From positions 139,502,001 through 139,566,000 of the forward strand of contig NC_086097.1 in assembly GCF_963921235.1 (NCBI RefSeq): 64,000 nucleotides of DNA, written 5' to 3'. The notes beneath the pieces are model-generated. The model was not told where the DNA came from. It saw nothing but the letters and a program-made list of their open reading frames with translations, and made no database searches. Both the position numbers and the translations under genes were made by a program. Positions 50,746 through 64,000 of the stretch are shown here, piece after piece. Every line of letters begins with the position of its first letter. Within the stretch, counting starts at the first letter, position 1. This DNA is from Mobula hypostoma. Lineage: Eukaryota.

Positions 50746-51809
50746 ATAAATTTTTCTCAATACTCTGAAAACACCAAAAGCCTGCTGCATCCTTTGCCAG
50801 TTTTCTCTACTATCCACGACATCAATCTTTGTATCCTCATCTCTTAAATGTTAACTGAAGTGGTGTGGATATCTCTTAAACATTTAACTGAAGTGTTAGC
50901 AATAAGCAATAGTATAGGGTATGGATGCAAATCTTGTGCCGCAAAGACTGATCAAACAACTACTCTGGAAACTCAATATAAAACTGACAAAGTACATGGC
51001 AAGTTATTCCATTCTCAAAGTGATAGGTGGTTGAACAGTGAAAATATAATGCCAGGTCATCACGGCAATTAATTAAACTTGTCCTAGTTACAGCCACAAC
51101 TTCAGTTCAACTAGTCTGGGTTGCTTAGGCTGTGGGAGTCAGTCTGGGGTCAGCATTTATTGTCTGTCCCTAATTGTTATCAAGGTAGCAGTGCAGTAAT
51201 TCACCTTCTTCAATCACTGCAGGCCTGAGATGAAAGTGCTCCCACAATGCAAATGGGAAAAGATTGAGGTTTTGAACCAACTGAATATTATGGAATTAGA
51301 ATAAATTTCTATATTAGAATGGTGTGCAACTTCAAGAAGCCTTACACTTTGGGTCAGTGTTGATGGTGAGGAAATTGCCAATGGTGGTGACAAGGAGAAA
51401 TTGCTCAGCACTCATTGGCTTGTTTATCAGAGAGACTGTGAAAAGAGAACAACTCGTGTAAGGGTACCATTTAATGATTCAGATCAACCATGACCTTGTT
51501 AAATGGTGGAGCAGGCAATAGGGGCTGAGTGGCCTGCTCTTGCAGCTAATTCATATGTTGATTCTGTATTTATGTTCGCACAAAGCAGATGAGGAAAAAC
51601 CATTGAACAGCCTCCAAGGAGTTTTAACTATCACGCAGATTTTCCTCAGTGTATAACAACAATCCCTCCAGGTTTTCTTCACTGTAGGCTACTGAGCTTA
51701 GATTGAGGCCCCTAAGTCTATTTAGATGTTTAAACTGAATAGTGTCACCATCACTGTTCCCATTTATCTCTTGCATCTGCATTTTGATTAAGGATTAATT
51801 TCATGCATA

Positions 51810-54082
51810 TAGAGCCTATAAAGTATTCACCACCCACCCCCCACCCCGCCCCTGCCTTTTTCAGGTTTTATTGTTTTACAACATTGAATCACGGTGGATT
51901 TAATTTGGCTTTTTTGACACTAATCAACAAAGAAACATTCCTTTGTGTCAAAGTGAAATCAGATCTCTACAAAGTGGCCATTTTCAAAAACTCTCTACAA
52001 ATCTCTTCATCAACCGTGGGATTGAGATTAAGAGCTGAGAGGTAATGTTGCAGATACATAGCACCCTGTTCTGACCCCACTTGGAGAACTGTGTGCAGTT
52101 CTGGTCGCCTCACTACAGGAAGGACGTGGAAACCATAGAAAGGGTGCAGTGGAGATTTACAAGGATGTTGCCTGGATTGGGGAGCATGCCTTATGAGTAT
52201 AGGTTGAGTGAACTTGGCCTTTTCTCCTTGGAGTGACGGAGGATGAGAGGTGACCTGATAGAGGTGTACAAGATGATGAGAGGCATTGATCATGTGGATA
52301 GTCAGAGGCTTTATCCCAGGGCTGAAATGGCTAGCACGAGAGGCCATAGTTTTAAAGGTGCTTGGAAGTAGGTACAGAGGAGATGTCAGGGGTAAGTTTT
52401 CTTTTCTACGCGGGGGGGGGGGGGTGCTGCCAGTGTTGGCAGTGGAGGCAGAAACGATAGACTCTTAAGAGACTCCTGGATAGGTACATGGAGCTTAGAA
52501 AAATAGAGGGCTATAGGGAAGCCAAGGTAATTTTTTAAGGTAAGGACATGTTCGGCACAGCTTTGTGGGCCAAAGGGCCTGTATTATGCTGTAGGTTTTC
52601 TATGTTCTAAAGTAATCTAAATTAATTACAAATATAAAACACAAAATAATTGATTAGATAAGTATTTCACACCCTTCAAGTCAGTATTTAGTAGGTGCAC
52701 CTTTGGCAGCAACTACAGCCTTGAGTCTGTGTAGATAGGTCTCTATCAGCTTTGCACATCTGAACACTACAACTTTCCCCCATTCTTCTTTACAAAACTG
52801 CTCAAACTCTTGTCAGATTGTATGGACATCTTGAGTGAACAACTTTTTCAAGCCCAGCCACAAATTCTCAATTGGATTTAAGTCTGAACTCTGAATTGGC
52901 CACTCCAGGACATTAACTTTGTTTGTTTTAAGCCATTCCTATATGCTTTGGCTTTATGCTTGGGGTCACTGTCTCGCTGGAAAATAAGTCTTCTCCTAAG
53001 TCGCAGTTCTCTGCGGACTGCATCAGGTCCTCCAGGATTTCCCTGCATTATGCTGCATTCATTTTACCCTCTACCTTCACAAACCTTCTTGTGCCTACTG
53101 CAGTGAAGCATCCGCACAGCATGATGCACCCACCATCATACACCATGGTAGGGATGATGTGTTTTTGATTATATGCAGTGTTTGGCTTATGTCAAGCACA
53201 GCGTTTAGTCTGATGGCCAAAAAGCTCAAATTTGGTTTCATCAGACCATGGAACCTTCTTCCTGCTGACTTCAGAATCTTCCACATAACTTCTGGCAAAA
53301 TTTAGCCGAGATTTCATGCGAGTTTTTTTTCCCTCCAGTGGCTTTCTCTTTGCCACTCTCCCATAAGCTGCGACTGGGACAACAGCAGTTAGATGCGCAG
53401 TCTCTCCCGGCTCAGCCACTGAAGCTTGTAACTCCTCCAGAGTTGTCATAGGTCTATTGGTGGCTTCCCTCACTAGTCCCATTTTTGCAGTCACTCAGTT
53501 TTTGAGGACTGCCTGCTCGAGGCAGATTTACAGCTGTGCCATATTCTTTCCATTTCTTGATGATTGACAACTGTACTCCAAGGGATATTCAGTGACTTGA
53601 AAATTTTATTGAATCCATCTCCTGACTTCTGCTTTTCAATAACCTTTTTGGGGAGTTGCTTGGAGTGTTCTTTCTCCTTCATGGTGTAGTTTTTGCCAGT
53701 ATACTGATTCACCAGCAGTTGGAACTTCCAGATACCGGTGTATCTTTACTACAATAAATTGAAACACCTCGACTGCGCACAGGTCTCCATTTAACTAATT
53801 ATGTGACTTCCAAAACCAATTGGTTGCACCAGTCATGATTTGGTCTGTCATATTAAAGTAGGGGGAGAATACTTATGCAATCAATTAATTTGTGTTTTCT
53901 ATTTGTAATTAATTTAGATCACTTTCTTGAGATCAGTTTTCACTTTGACATGAAAGAGTATTTTTCTGTTGATCAGTGTCACAAAAGCCAGATTAAATCT
54001 ACTGTGATTCAATGTTGTAAAACAATAAAACATGAAAACTTCCAGGGTGGGGAGAGAAGTGGAATACTTTTTATAGGCACTG
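51810..54082 (-). mobile_element. Full-length Tc1-family transposon with long IR/DR-type TIRs; transposase pseudogene at about 52683-53683; left TIR interrupted by CR1
   Basis: TA at 51808-51809 and 54083-54084; TIRs of over 200 bp; ORFs KEHSKQL...LNIPWSTV and WSDETKFELFG, then LWGCF, DPKH and DLNPIENLW read by hand; about 1.64 kb without the insert. Confidence 0.92.
51976..52608 (+). mobile_element. CR1 3' fragment nested in the Tc1 TIR
   Basis: PHLENCVQFWSPHYRKDVETIERVQ read by hand; TTCTATG-type tail; short AAAGT duplication at the junctions. Confidence 0.85.
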
Positions 54083-55493
54083 TAAGTAATTGAAGAGAAA
54101 ATTGTATCATTTGCCAAGCTTTGGATACCATCTGTCTTTTCTATAAATTCGTCCTGCTGAAATGGACTTCCCTGTAGAAATAGTCCTATTGTTGCAGTCA
54201 TGTGTTTCACTTATACAAATAAAATGGGGTATAAAAGCTGCACTGCTTTAATGTTTGTTTTTCAGTCAGTTTTCTGATTTTTGGATAGATAAGGAGTACT
54301 TGCCACAAAAGTTCAGTTATTAAACATGACTTGAAGAACCTAAATGAAGCTGAGAAGATGCAAAACAATTTTCAATTAACAGATGTAATATTACTTTATT
54401 AATCACTTCCTGCTTCTTCAATATGCAGGAACTATACAGGGTATCTGATTCTTTATCTATAACTGACACTAGAAATTTATTGCCCACATACAGTGAAAGG
54501 GAAGGACAAGCAATATTTTAGACCGCCAGCAATTCACTGTAACTGATGTTAGCATAACAATGGCAAATTTGGGTGGGGCATAGCACAGATTTATTGTCTC
54601 CATGGTGCAGCTAGACTCAAACAGCTTGTTCTATGGTATGTATAAAATCACAACTAAGCCTTCTTTTGAAAGATGATCCAACAAATGTTTTGATCTTTTC
54701 ATGTGCGGTGTAGAGTAGAATTTGTTAATTTCAAATCATACAAAAACCCTACAAATTACATACAACTTGATATAATGCCAACTTCATCTGTATAAATAGG
54801 ATGGGATTTAAATTTCTCAAAAAATATTTCAGTGCAAATAGACATCAATAACACCATGAAAGCTTTGGGCCCATTGTACTCCCTGAGCATCTAAAGACAG
54901 CACGGAAGACAGTCCCTCATTCGACTTTATAATTAAGAATGCCAACATCCCAGGTCAAAGAGTTAGGAATTCTGGGGTCAAAAACTCAACTGGAATGACA
55001 AATCCAAATAGATATCTAAACAAACTTCTAAAAAACTACCAACTATAAATTGTTTGACTCATAGTTAAGCTGTACGACTCCAGAAACTGCGAACTATTAT
55101 TCAGCCAATGCACTCAGCTACAAATATACAAGCCAATGGAAGGAGCCCATTGGAGCACTTATACATTTATCTGCAGTGCAAGTTGAAAAATGCCTGGTAA
55201 AGTGAGAGCATTTGAGAACAGGATAGGAGAAAGGCACTTCCAATTGGCTCAGCAAGCTCCCTGATTCAAAAGCCACAGTCAACTGGAACACTGGACTCCA
55301 CCTAATTCATTCAATTTCAAATGCACTTGATGCCCTGCAGAGCTTAAGTTTGCTCCTGGTTCTCCAATCCAGACACTCATAGTCTGATAGATTTATTTTT
55401 CTTTAAGAAAGGGGATTAATGAGGAGAATGCAGTGGATATTGTCAATGTGGATCTTGACAAGATCCTTCATGGGTGGATATTCTGAAAAGTAA

Positions 55494-55984
55494 AGCCTGA
55501 TTTATACTTCCGCGTTAACTGGACGCCGTAAGCTACACGTGGCCTACACATGCTGTGAGCATTTATATTTGTGCATTGGTGTGTCTGCGTCACTCTGCAA
55601 TTCGCGCACGTCACGCATGCGTACTCACCCGCCCGCGCAAGGCTTCGTGGCCATGGTAGTCTTTCTCGGGGTAAACAAGATGTGAGCATCTTTTTTCATA
55701 AAAGCGAAATGTGTCCTCCATAATTTTGGAGGTCTGTAAAGCTTTATGGAAAGCATTGCAGCCAGAGTTCCTTCCCTGCCCTTCAGTCGCCCAATGGGAA
55801 GATATTGCAGCGTAGGATGAAATGCGATGCTACCAAGCAGACCAACCACAGTTCTTACGGTCTGCGTTGCCACAACGCACGATTACATTTTGGGAGAGGT
55901 GCGCGTCGCAGCAGTGCAGGTTCTGGCGTAGGGATCTGCGTCGGCTTTGCGGCGACGCGTTGACGCAGACGTATAAATCAGGCT
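55494..55984. mobile_element. PIF/Harbinger-type MITE, CpG-rich
   Basis: TIR AGCCTGATTTATAC/GTATAAATCAGGCT; TAA TSD at 55491-55493 and 55985-55987; sits in a CR1 fragment. Confidence 0.88.
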
Positions 55985-56024
55985 TAAGATCACACAGGAT
56001 CCGAGGAGAGTTAATTAAGTGGAT

Positions 56025-56490
56025 ACACAAGAGACACTCGAGACAGCAGGCATTGGAATCTGGAGCGACCAAGATGTTGGAGGAAGTCAGTGGGTCGGGC
56101 AACACTCATGGAGGAGTTTGGGGTTGAGAATCTTCATCTGCCTTATGATACAGGTGAGGTAGGTAGCATGAAAAGGTGAAGAGAAAAAGTGGAGCAAGAT
56201 CTGGCAAGTGACAGGTGGATCCAGCTGAAGAGGGGTGACAGGCAGATGGAGATAAAGGTGGCATGGAGGTGGCAAAGAGCTGTAGATAATGAAATCTGAT
56301 AGGAGATGAAGATGGAGAATGGAATGGGGAGGGCAGATGGAAACAACAGTGAGAGGGGAGTCAGCAGAAGTAATGGGTCATGGGCAGTAGTGGGTGGGGA
56401 GGAGAAAGAAACAGATTGATGGGAGCTAGGGTTGGTGTAGGAGGAACTCAGTACATCAGGAGATTACCTGAAATTAGAAAAATCTTTCAG
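56025..56490 (-). mobile_element. Old Penelope-like 3' fragment
   Basis: Degenerate tail followed by the purine-rich tract, as at 24797-25345. Confidence 0.55.
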
Positions 56491-58179
56491 TACCTCACTC
56501 TGCTTGGGAAGTCTATAATCTTACAGAATGAATACTGAATTCAGGGAAGGGAACAGAAGGAGTCCAAATTGCAACTACAGACACAGGGAACAGATTGTGA
56601 TAGGACCACGACAGCTTTCTTGTGTTGATTATACATAGTCCTCCCTTTAAAACAACTTGAGTTCTACTGTCAGACCACTTATGCCTTACATGAATTTTCC
56701 TTCTTCCATTAAACAATGAAAGCTACCTGTGAAGAAAATACTGGCCCTTTTCACCCATTCTATCCCCTGTCTACAGACTTAGATAAACTGAACTGTTTCA
56801 ACCTCGGTGCTCCAAATTGATCCAAAACATTCTGGTATCTTACCCCGGACAACGATCTGCCTGCCCGTCATCTCCATTTGCTTATAAATACAAATGCATT
56901 CAAAAGCACTATTTTGCAAATCTCATCAGAATTACTCACCGTCTTGGCCTCCTATTAATATACCTACAACTTCTCTAAATGACCACAATACCTTTGGACT
57001 TTCAATTGCTCAGACCTCATCATATTGTAACATATCACTTTCACACCAATACTGAGAACCATCAACAACTACAAAGACACCAAGCTCAGTAGCTACCTGT
57101 GTAAACAAATTCTCAAAATTTTAAGATAATTCCTCTAGCTCTGAGGCTTTTGTTTTAGTCTCAAGAGGACTGAATATCAAACTTCGTTGTTTTCAAAAAA
57201 TGGAATATTCCCTAATCTAAAGGCATGTGATGCTCAGTCTTGTTCACATTCAACTTGTTCTTAAAAATAGTTGATGCCAGTGAGAATTTTGAATGATTAT
57301 GGTGGGAGGGAGAAAAAATTCCATGTCATCTGATCTTGGAACATATCAAAATGAACACTTCTATAGTCATTCAAACAGTATAGCAAAATGCATCATGATG
57401 GTTTGTGGAAACTATTCGAAAGAGTGTTATGCAGTACTTCTGAACAACGGCTGCATTTTCTTTTACAAAAGATTGCTCAACTCAGCAAGAATTTTGAAGA
57501 TTAGCAATGACTTCCTGCAGTATTTCTCATGAACAAAAATAAAATAACTAATATAAATGTGACATTTCAAGTAGCTTACTTGCAGAATGTTTATTACCTA
57601 TCCCCAAGTTCGGTAGGTCACCATTTTAAAATTATTAGGCTTCCTTAAATGTTGTTGGATTGAGAGTTCTAGGATTGTGAGCAAGTAATCATCGTAGAGT
57701 CAGGAGTGTTTGTGAAATCCAGACAACATTAAAGTCCATTCATTCCTTTGCTCCCTTTCTCCTCGAAGGCTCTGACAGTATCAATTTCTTAGCAAGTAAC
57801 TTTAGTCAAGTCCTTATCAGGCACACACTACAGCCTCAGGTGAAAGGAGTGATCTCGAAGGTGCTGAACAGGTTGGCATCAAGAAATATTTCCCTGAATA
57901 CTGTTGAGTTTGTAACATTATTACAGCTTCGGACACACATCAAATATTCAAATCACACGGATAAAACCAAACTGAATACTTGCCGATGGATGTTACATTT
58001 TAACACATCAATCTGTGCTGTTAATACATTTTGTAAATAACAGTCAACATTCTTGGAGGCAGCATTCTTCCCTCGCAATCTGCCAATGAAGAGCTCTGAT
58101 GAACAATCAACATGAACTTATCTCCACAGATGCTGCCTGATCCACTGTTTATCATCCATTGTAAGACCTGTTTGCTTTC

Positions 58180-59405
58180 TCCAGTAAGTACACAAATTTT
58201 CTTTAAGTGTGGCATCCAAAAATGTGAAGAATGAAGCAATACTCAAGTGGGGGCCTCCCACTCCAGGACAAGTGACATCTTATATGTCCTCCTTTTCAGG
58301 AAAGTGTCCCCCTCCTCATCACCCACCTGCTATGGTTGATTGGGTCCTTGCACTCACCATATTCATTTCCCATACCCTTTGCTCTCATCCTGCCTTCCCA
58401 CAGACAGAAAAAGGATAGAGACCCCTTACTTTTCACCCCATCAGCCTATGCACCCAGTATCTCATTCTTTGACACTTCCGCCTACCACAACATTATCCCA
58501 CCACCAATCATATTTTCCCCCTTACCACCCATTTCTGTTTTCTGCAGGAACTTTTCACTCCATGACTCCCTGGTTTGCTCATTTTCCCCACCCATTTCAC
58601 CAACTCACACCCCCTCCCTACTCCTGCCTCCACTCGCGGCACTTGTCCCTCCAACTGTAGATGTAACATCTGCCCCTACACCATCTCACTGACCTCCACC
58701 CAGGCACCTAAACAGCCCTTCAAGTGAGGCAGAGATCTGCATACATCTCCTCCAACTTTGTCTATTGCATTTGGTAATCTCTGCACTGGTGAGACCAAGC
58801 AGAGACAAGGAGACTTCTTTGCTGAGTATATGCACTTTGTCCATCACAGCTCCTTGTTGCAAGTCATTTTAACGTCCTTCCCCCAATCCCACATTGATTT
58901 TCCTGACCTCTGCTACCTCCATTGCCAGGTTGAGGCCAAATACAAACTAGAAGAACACCATATTGTATACCATGTGGGCCATCTACAATCTGATGGCTAG
59001 AACTCTGACTTCTCCAAACTTGTCTAAACTTGCTCCTTTATTCCTTTCACTCCCTTTCTGACCCAGCCAGTCCCTCTCACACAGTCTTTCCAGGCCATCC
59101 AGTGACTCCTCTCCCCAATTCCCAGTTTCTTTTCCCTCCCCACACACTCTTTTTGCCCACACCCTCACACTCTTCCTACTATATCCTCTCCCAACACTGT
59201 TCCTACCTTCCCACCATATGTGCCAAATTTGGTTTCTTTTCCTCATCAAATTCTTGCCCCACTCATCCCCCTCAACTCTTTCTCATGGCCATCTTTCCGG
59301 TATTTATCAGTCCAGATCAAAAGTCTTGAACCAAAAAATTAACTATTTCCCTCTATGTTGGTTGACCTATTGAGTTCCGCCAGCAGTTTGGTTTTGAATC
59401 AGAGG
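58180..59405 (+). mobile_element. Old Penelope-like element 3' half (GIY-YIG remnant, pyrimidine tract, degenerate hammerhead/tail)
   Basis: Colinear with 48300-49460 (for example GETKQRQGDFFAEY and EEHHIVYHVGHLQSDG in ORF 58758..59000). Confidence 0.7.
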
Positions 59406-62400
59406 ACAAAGTAGGTCTGTGCAAGATTCAGTCTTAATATTTTGATTTAAAAGTAGGGTGTATGATGAACTCTTGACAGGCCATACATAAGTTAGCATGT
59501 GGTAATAGTGAAGTAAGCTTGTGACCGTAGGATAAGCAGATGGTCTGGTCAATTGGACTGAAAACAGCAAATGGAATTTTAATCCAATAATCTGTGAGGC
59601 AATGCATCTGCATGGTGCAACAAGTCAGGCAATTACACAAACAGGAGAATACTGAGTGGTGTAGAGGAACAAAAGAAGTCTACACCCACAAGGCATTACA
59701 GGAAGTAGGGCAGGTTAATAAGACAAGACACCAAAAGAAGCGGTGTTATGATAGAACTGAATAGATGGAGTTAGATCACAGCTTGAGTATCCATGAGGAA
59801 TAGAGTGAGGGGCATAGGGAAGAATGAAAAAAAAAGGGTGGTGGCTGATGTCTGAGACACACTAACTGAAAGGTAGTGGAGGCAGAAACCTTGATCACAT
59901 AAAAGCTCTACATGGCTGTTTAGTTAAACAGCCATGATCTGCAAGACTATGAACCCACAGCAGAAAAATGGAACTAAGCTGTATCTTATCAACTGCACAG
60001 ACATGATTCTGTGATGTAAATTTTCTTTTAACTTTGTAACAGACGAATGGAGATTTGGCTGAAAATGGCAAGCTCAGAGAAGTTTCGTTATTCACATTAA
60101 AAGAAAAAAGTTTCACAAAATATAGGGCCTGGGGCCAGTGTCATTTAAGGCAATGTGTCTGTCAACATTTGCAAAAGACACCAAACATTCTACAAGCAGA
60201 GGTGAATAGCTCACACAGGAAGAAATTAAGAAACACGTTAATGGGATGGGATAAGTAAATTGATAATTAAATGGCAAATCAGTTTTGATATTAATAATTG
60301 GGAAGTGTAGGGCTTTAATAGGAAAAACAATCTATATCTGAAATAAATAATGGCATGCAGATTCAAGAGTTTGAGGGAAATCATGAACAAATCTTAAAAT
60401 GCAGTGACCAGTGTCATTTCCAGACGTAAACAATTCAGACAGCTTATTGTAGAGGATCCTGATAGGGTTGCAAAAATGATACAGAAACACCAAAAAAAAA
60501 CAGAAAAAAATACATGAATGGGATCAGACTTGATATTTCAACTATTGGGAAGACTAAAACCAATAAAACACTTTCTGGGTATTAAACTAAGGGTCTCTAA
60601 TATATTCAGTGACTTTGACATGATAAAAGATCTCTCTTTTGGTTATATTTGAAATCACAGACCCAAATATTGGACAGTCACTAATAAACAACAGGAAAAG
60701 CAGAGAAAATTCCTTTACCTAGTACTTAATGGCAGTTACTACGTGGAACTCATTACAACAGGATGTGGTTGAGGCAGATAGCTCAAATGCTTTAAAAAGG
60801 AAACAGTGCAAGAGAAATGGGAATAGAAAGCTCTGCTGAAAAGCTGAGATGAGGCATGGAATGCAAGAAGAGAAACAAGCATTTACACTGAAACAAATTA
60901 GTTGATGAATGGCGCATATTGTGCTGTGTGGTCAATGTAAAATATGGGAGAAAACAGTGCAATGGGTGAGGAATAACTTAACCAAGATATTTTTTTTTCA
61001 AGTTTTACATCTGAAATGTTTCTTGGTACTAATATAAACTTATTAGTACCATCAGTTTAAGAGGCATATACGTGTAAATTTATGCCAGGTGTCAAATTTC
61101 ATTTACTAATTACCACCAGCATGTGCTACTTCCTTATGATACTTTATATTAATCATAGTGATCACACAGCATCTGTTCTGGCTTTCTACAAAACTTGCAG
61201 CACTGTTCAGGGACAGAACTTAAGCTCAAAATGCAATAGTGTAGCATATATGGGGGGGGGGGAAGGGGAATGTCGACTTATATTGAATAATGCCAAAATA
61301 CCCACTACATTTAATCCCTAGATTTTGGAGTCAGATTACACAGAGCAATCCAATACGTTAATTTAGATGCCAATGGTCAGTTTAAGGGTTAGCCTGTGGT
61401 TATTGATATTTGCCTCAGTGGATTCAAAAGAAAATTCAATTCCTTCACTTTTACCCAAATACAAGTCAAAATACATGTACAAACCTCTGCCTCAAATCAC
61501 TTGTCATTAAAAAATACATTCTGATAGCCCAGCATTGTTGGACTATGAAACTAGAAAATATAAATGCTTTGGTGCAAATAGTGCTCATGTTGCTCCCCCA
61601 GGAACTAAGCACAAGTGCAAGGATATGCAAGTCATTTATTACAATCTCAAGTCATCTGATTAAGCATGCTGAGAAAATTATTTTGTACCATTAGCAACAA
61701 AACAGCCCAACTTTGCAAAGATGTGCAACCTGTAATGTACCTTAAACAAGCTAATTACTGATCTTTCAATGAAAATCAATACAGCAAGTTGATTAAATTA
61801 ATACTTTGCATTTCAAACAGATGGTGTCCTGATTCACATTAGTGCAACAAATTCCAAAGCACAACTGATGGAACTCAATGCTTATAATACTATTCAAAGC
61901 AAGTAAATTAATGACAAGTGGAGTACGATTCTCCAGACTAATTTTTCCAACATTATATCAATTCTTACTCTTTAGTTTCACATGGCATAGAGGCCATCAA
62001 AATAGCCAAGTCCAATTTTAAAACTAGGGTTAAGAACCTGCACAGTACATAAAATGAAACTTAACTTAAATACACTTCATTGCAGAACACTTACACACAA
62101 AAGATTAGCGAGAGTGGCTGGCAGGTTTAACACAAAGTTCTACTCAAATATTCACTGGTTCAGCGATGGAAAATTAAGCAAGGGATAAGGTTGCTTGACA
62201 GTTATGTTTAGTTAAGTAGCCCAGTCTACAAAAATTTGTCGACACCACAAATACCACTTCCGCTGGTCAGAACTGCAAATAGAAGTTTGGTTAATGATAG
62301 TTGGCAGTCTGGCTGAATAACTCCATTGCAGTTTTACAGCAACAAATTCCAATATTTACAATATAACATCCTACACATTCCACTAATTTTGGTGCCATTT

Positions 62401-63237
62401 AAATTTCACAACTCAAATCATCAGTTGCCACAACCCATGTGGAAATTAAAAGGAAGGATACCAAATATGATAAACTTCAAAAAAAAACTGCAGATGCAGA
62501 AAATCTAATGAAAGATAGTGGGGCTGAAAAACTAGTTCCTTCTCTCTCTATACACTGCCCGATCTGCTGATCATACTAATGGTGTATTCCTTCTGAAATA
62601 GAATTTTCAAAAGCTTTGTGAACCACAGCCATCAATTTGCAAGTCATATTTTTCTGTATTTATCCGGGATAAAAGTTATCCTAGTTATCAGATCATTGAA
62701 TGGTCCCTGGAATAATAAGATGGTCTCTTGAAGTTCTGGCCTGTAATTTCTGTGTAACACTTCACTTTGCATTCAGTTATTATTTTCTCCTGTACCTCTA
62801 TGCATTGTGTTGAAATGATCTGTTATGGATGGCATACAAAATAAAGTTTTTCACATCTTTGTACATGTGAGAATAATAGACCAATTTACCAGTTATTGAG
62901 GTAGATAAATCTCACTCCTTGGAGGATTATTTTATTATATATTATACAAATGCAGTCTTAATCTGTCTCAAATCACATCATTCAGACTCGATTTCTGAAA
63001 CCCACCAAATGTAAAATTTCAAACAAAACATACAACTTCATAAAATTCTAAGTCAGTGGAGAAGAAATGAGAAATTAACTCAAAGATACAACTGCTATGA
63101 GGAATAATGGAAAATGTTACCAATTGTAATAGCACTCAAAACATTTTTCACGGGGAAAATACAAAACTATACAAAAGTGAATGTGGAGAACAGATTAAAA
63201 TAAAGTAGCTTTTTAAAAAGCTGAGAGAACTAAAGCC

Positions 63238-63420
63238 CAGGCAGCATCTATGGAGGGAAATGAACAGTTAATGTTTCGGACTGAAAACCATCATCTGAAG
63301 GGTCTTAGGTTGAAATGTCAACTGTTCATTTTCTTCCATAGATGCTGCCTCACCTACTGAGTTACTACAGAAATTTGTGTAGTTGCTCAAGTTTTCCAGC
63401 ATCTAAAGAATCTTGTGTTC
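63238..63420. mobile_element. Third palindromic Penelope-derived mini-element (older subfamily)
   Basis: AGGCAGCATCTATGGAGGGAAATGAACAGTT... is inverted against ...AACTGTTCATTTTCTTCCATAGATGCTGCCT, followed by the family tail. Confidence 0.75.
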
Positions 63421-64000
63421 AGAAAAGAAAAGGCTAAGCTTTGATAGATACAGAAATAGCTTTAACAGAAAGTTTGAATTGCTAACTGGCATGGTCTTCT
63501 GATGAATAGTATCCCATCATATTGGATCATTTCCTTGGTTGATATACTGGTACAGGGCCAATGTTTCACAGTAAGCTTGGCCAGCTTGTGCAATTATTCC
63601 CTCTGGGATCAGCTTTAGCATATCACGCCTTTTTAATCTGTACATCAATGAACTGCCAAAATTCAGACTGCAGCTATCCACTTATTCTGGTGACTCGTAC
63701 CATTGTGACTCAAGCTCGTTGCTTTCCTATCCCAGAAATTATGCTTCTCAACAATTTGAAACTTAATAGATCATTGCACAAAATGCACTGTCAAGTACCA
63801 AAACCATTCCAGCTTCCCTGGAATTTCTACTAAATGGTAAACTTCAGTCTACATGCTATTACCCAGAATTGGTCACCAACACAAAAAACTTACTGAATAT
63901 GTACGTAAGCTGGAACCAGAAATTATCTATCTTTCAACACTCGATCTATCAAGTGAGCAAGTGCTGAAAATGACACCGCACTTCCATTTGAACTTGCTTA

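Noticed and set aside
58090..58150. CTGATGAA followed by a Penelope-type tail
   Set aside because: Probably an old remnant of the same family, but stem II and GAAA are not recognisable, so it is not counted as a motif.

Overview
Vertebrate genomic DNA, most likely a cartilaginous fish (shark or ray), inferred from its V-SINE/HE1-like SINEs and CR1/HER1-like LINEs. The window lies inside a septin-7 (SEPTIN7) gene on the minus strand. Seven consecutive coding exons (101, 135, 118, 93, 97, 52 and 126 nt) have GT-AG boundaries and splice in frame from VEQSKV... to ...KGQLTK. I did not find the upstream P-loop exon or the downstream coiled-coil exons in the window. The introns are packed with nested, mostly decayed transposons: CR1 and Rex1/Babar LINEs, Penelope-like (Neptune-type) elements, RTE-type short retroposons, V-SINEs, a full-length Tc1, a Buster-type hAT and several MITEs. 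The most notable signal is a family of about 100-230 bp Penelope-derived mini-elements carrying a minimal type I hammerhead-ribozyme motif (reconstructed consensus CAGTC-CTGAYGA-A-GGGT-CTCG-GCCC-GAAA-CG-TC/GACTG). Several have their own target-site duplications, and three are built as inverted dimers. Every copy here has at least one core mutation. A weaker HDV-like ribozyme candidate heads a structured retroposon near 10.3 kb. Repeat boundaries are approximate and read by eye.
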